Assembly: GCF_001194135.2 (NCBI RefSeq)
Contig: NC_068981.1
Span: 78,314,279 to 78,378,278, forward strand
Direction: 5' to 3'
Source of the DNA: Octopus bimaculoides
Lineage: Eukaryota
DNA length: 64,000 nucleotides
Below the pieces are notes generated by a model that was not told the origin of the DNA, ran no database searches, and worked only from the letters and a program-made list of their open reading frames with translations. Below, piece by piece: positions 62,901 to 64,000 of this stretch (position 1 is the stretch's first letter; the number at the start of each line of letters is the position of its first letter). Both the position numbers and the translations under genes were made by a program.

Positions 62901-63908
62901 CCAAAATGAGTTAAGGTGTTCCTGGGAATAAATAGGCCCTTTTTATGAAGATATTTTCTTTCACAGTAAACAGCTTGTGGGTTACAAGTAAATTTGTGAT
63001 TAATGTAGGCTTGATAAAGTAGCTTTCTCAATAATGGCATTTTTCACTCAATGTTTTGAGCTATGCTTTCGAATTATTAATTTCTCCTCAAGAAGTTGAG
63101 TGGTGAATCCCTGCACATTTAGTCAGATTTTTTATTTTTGTTTTTGTTTGTCTTTTTTTTTATCATAAAATACTGTTAGTGTGTGGTGGGCTTAGTATTC
63201 ACATTACACCTTATGAAGGCACCTAAATATCTGATTCCATATTGCAGACTGTTGATATTTTCATTTGGTTTTGCTATCCACATGGGTTGCTTATATTAAG
63301 TTATTTCATTATCGCATGCACAGCAGGTATCTCCTAGGTGTTCTTTCAGAGTGACAGCAGCTGTAAACAGGCAGATATTGATCCTGTATATGTATGTATC
63401 TATACATACATACATACATACAAGTGTATGTATATGAGTATGCATGCGCAATTTGTTGTGTTTCTATTATGCATATGTCCAACTGACACTGACATAAACA
63501 TATAGTTATTAAAATAACAACAATGATGGTGATGATGACATTGAAATATTCTAATAGACATATGAAGATGGGAAAATGGTGTTGAAAGGAACCAAATAAA
63601 TACCATTTCTATTTCCACACTCAATTTCATATCTCAAACTCATACCAAAAATGTGTATAGTGAGATCTGTTTACAAGGATGGCAATTTCATCAATAATTC
63701 TATTATTGTGGCAGAAGAAATTTTATTTAATAATGTACTGTTACCACTTTACAATTGAAGAGATGTGTTTTTCAATTTATACTCTTTACAGGGGTAGTTT
63801 GATAAATGTGTGTATGTGTGCGTGCAAATATATATAGTATAAGAACGTGTTTCAATGCAGCCTAGACCACTGTTCACGTATGTTTATCAGAAGAGTGTAT
63901 GTGTGCAT

Positions 63909-64000
<92 letters not shown>

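Noticed and set aside
62880-62930. ttcattccag as acceptor for the missing Ig4 C-half exon
   Set aside because: The required phase-2 frame stops at once (a tca tag); the next exon probably lies beyond 64000 or in a gap.
1-64000. CRISPR array or prokaryotic operon/defence system
   Set aside because: No repeat-spacer array, no dense ORF packing; spliceosomal eukaryotic architecture throughout.

Overview
AT-rich, microsatellite-laden animal genomic DNA from a gapped draft assembly. The SINE/RTE repertoire looks like Octopus (inference). The only intact protein-coding sequence I can support is four phase-compatible + strand exons (8341-8631, 11962-12067, 17076-17275, 49510-49651) encoding Ig domain 2, Ig domain 3 and the first half of Ig domain 4 of a Sidekick (sdk) IgSF adhesion protein; the gene starts upstream and continues downstream of the window. 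Everything else is intron: SINEs, RTE and CR1/L2 LINE remnants, a three-level nest (mariner inside a Gypsy LTR element inside an RTE LINE), foldback elements and assembly gaps. Most notable: (1) a ~170-bp palindrome at 20302-20473 whose two arms each carry a core-intact minimal type I hammerhead ribozyme motif of the Penelope-associated kind, plus a second foldback with degenerate hammerhead variants 73 nt before the Ig2 exon; in both, the antisense arm is transcribed first and would mask the ribozyme. (2) Several heavily decayed ankyrin-repeat-like coding relics scattered through the introns (40.4-45.4 kb with an internal diverged duplication, 56-57 kb, 62.3-62.9 kb, weaker at 5.2 and 35.3 kb), read by eye and needing profile confirmation. 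(3) Several long intronic hairpins and a candidate exon-complementary sequence relevant to cephalopod A-to-I editing. Repeat boundaries are approximate unless a TSD or terminal motif is quoted.
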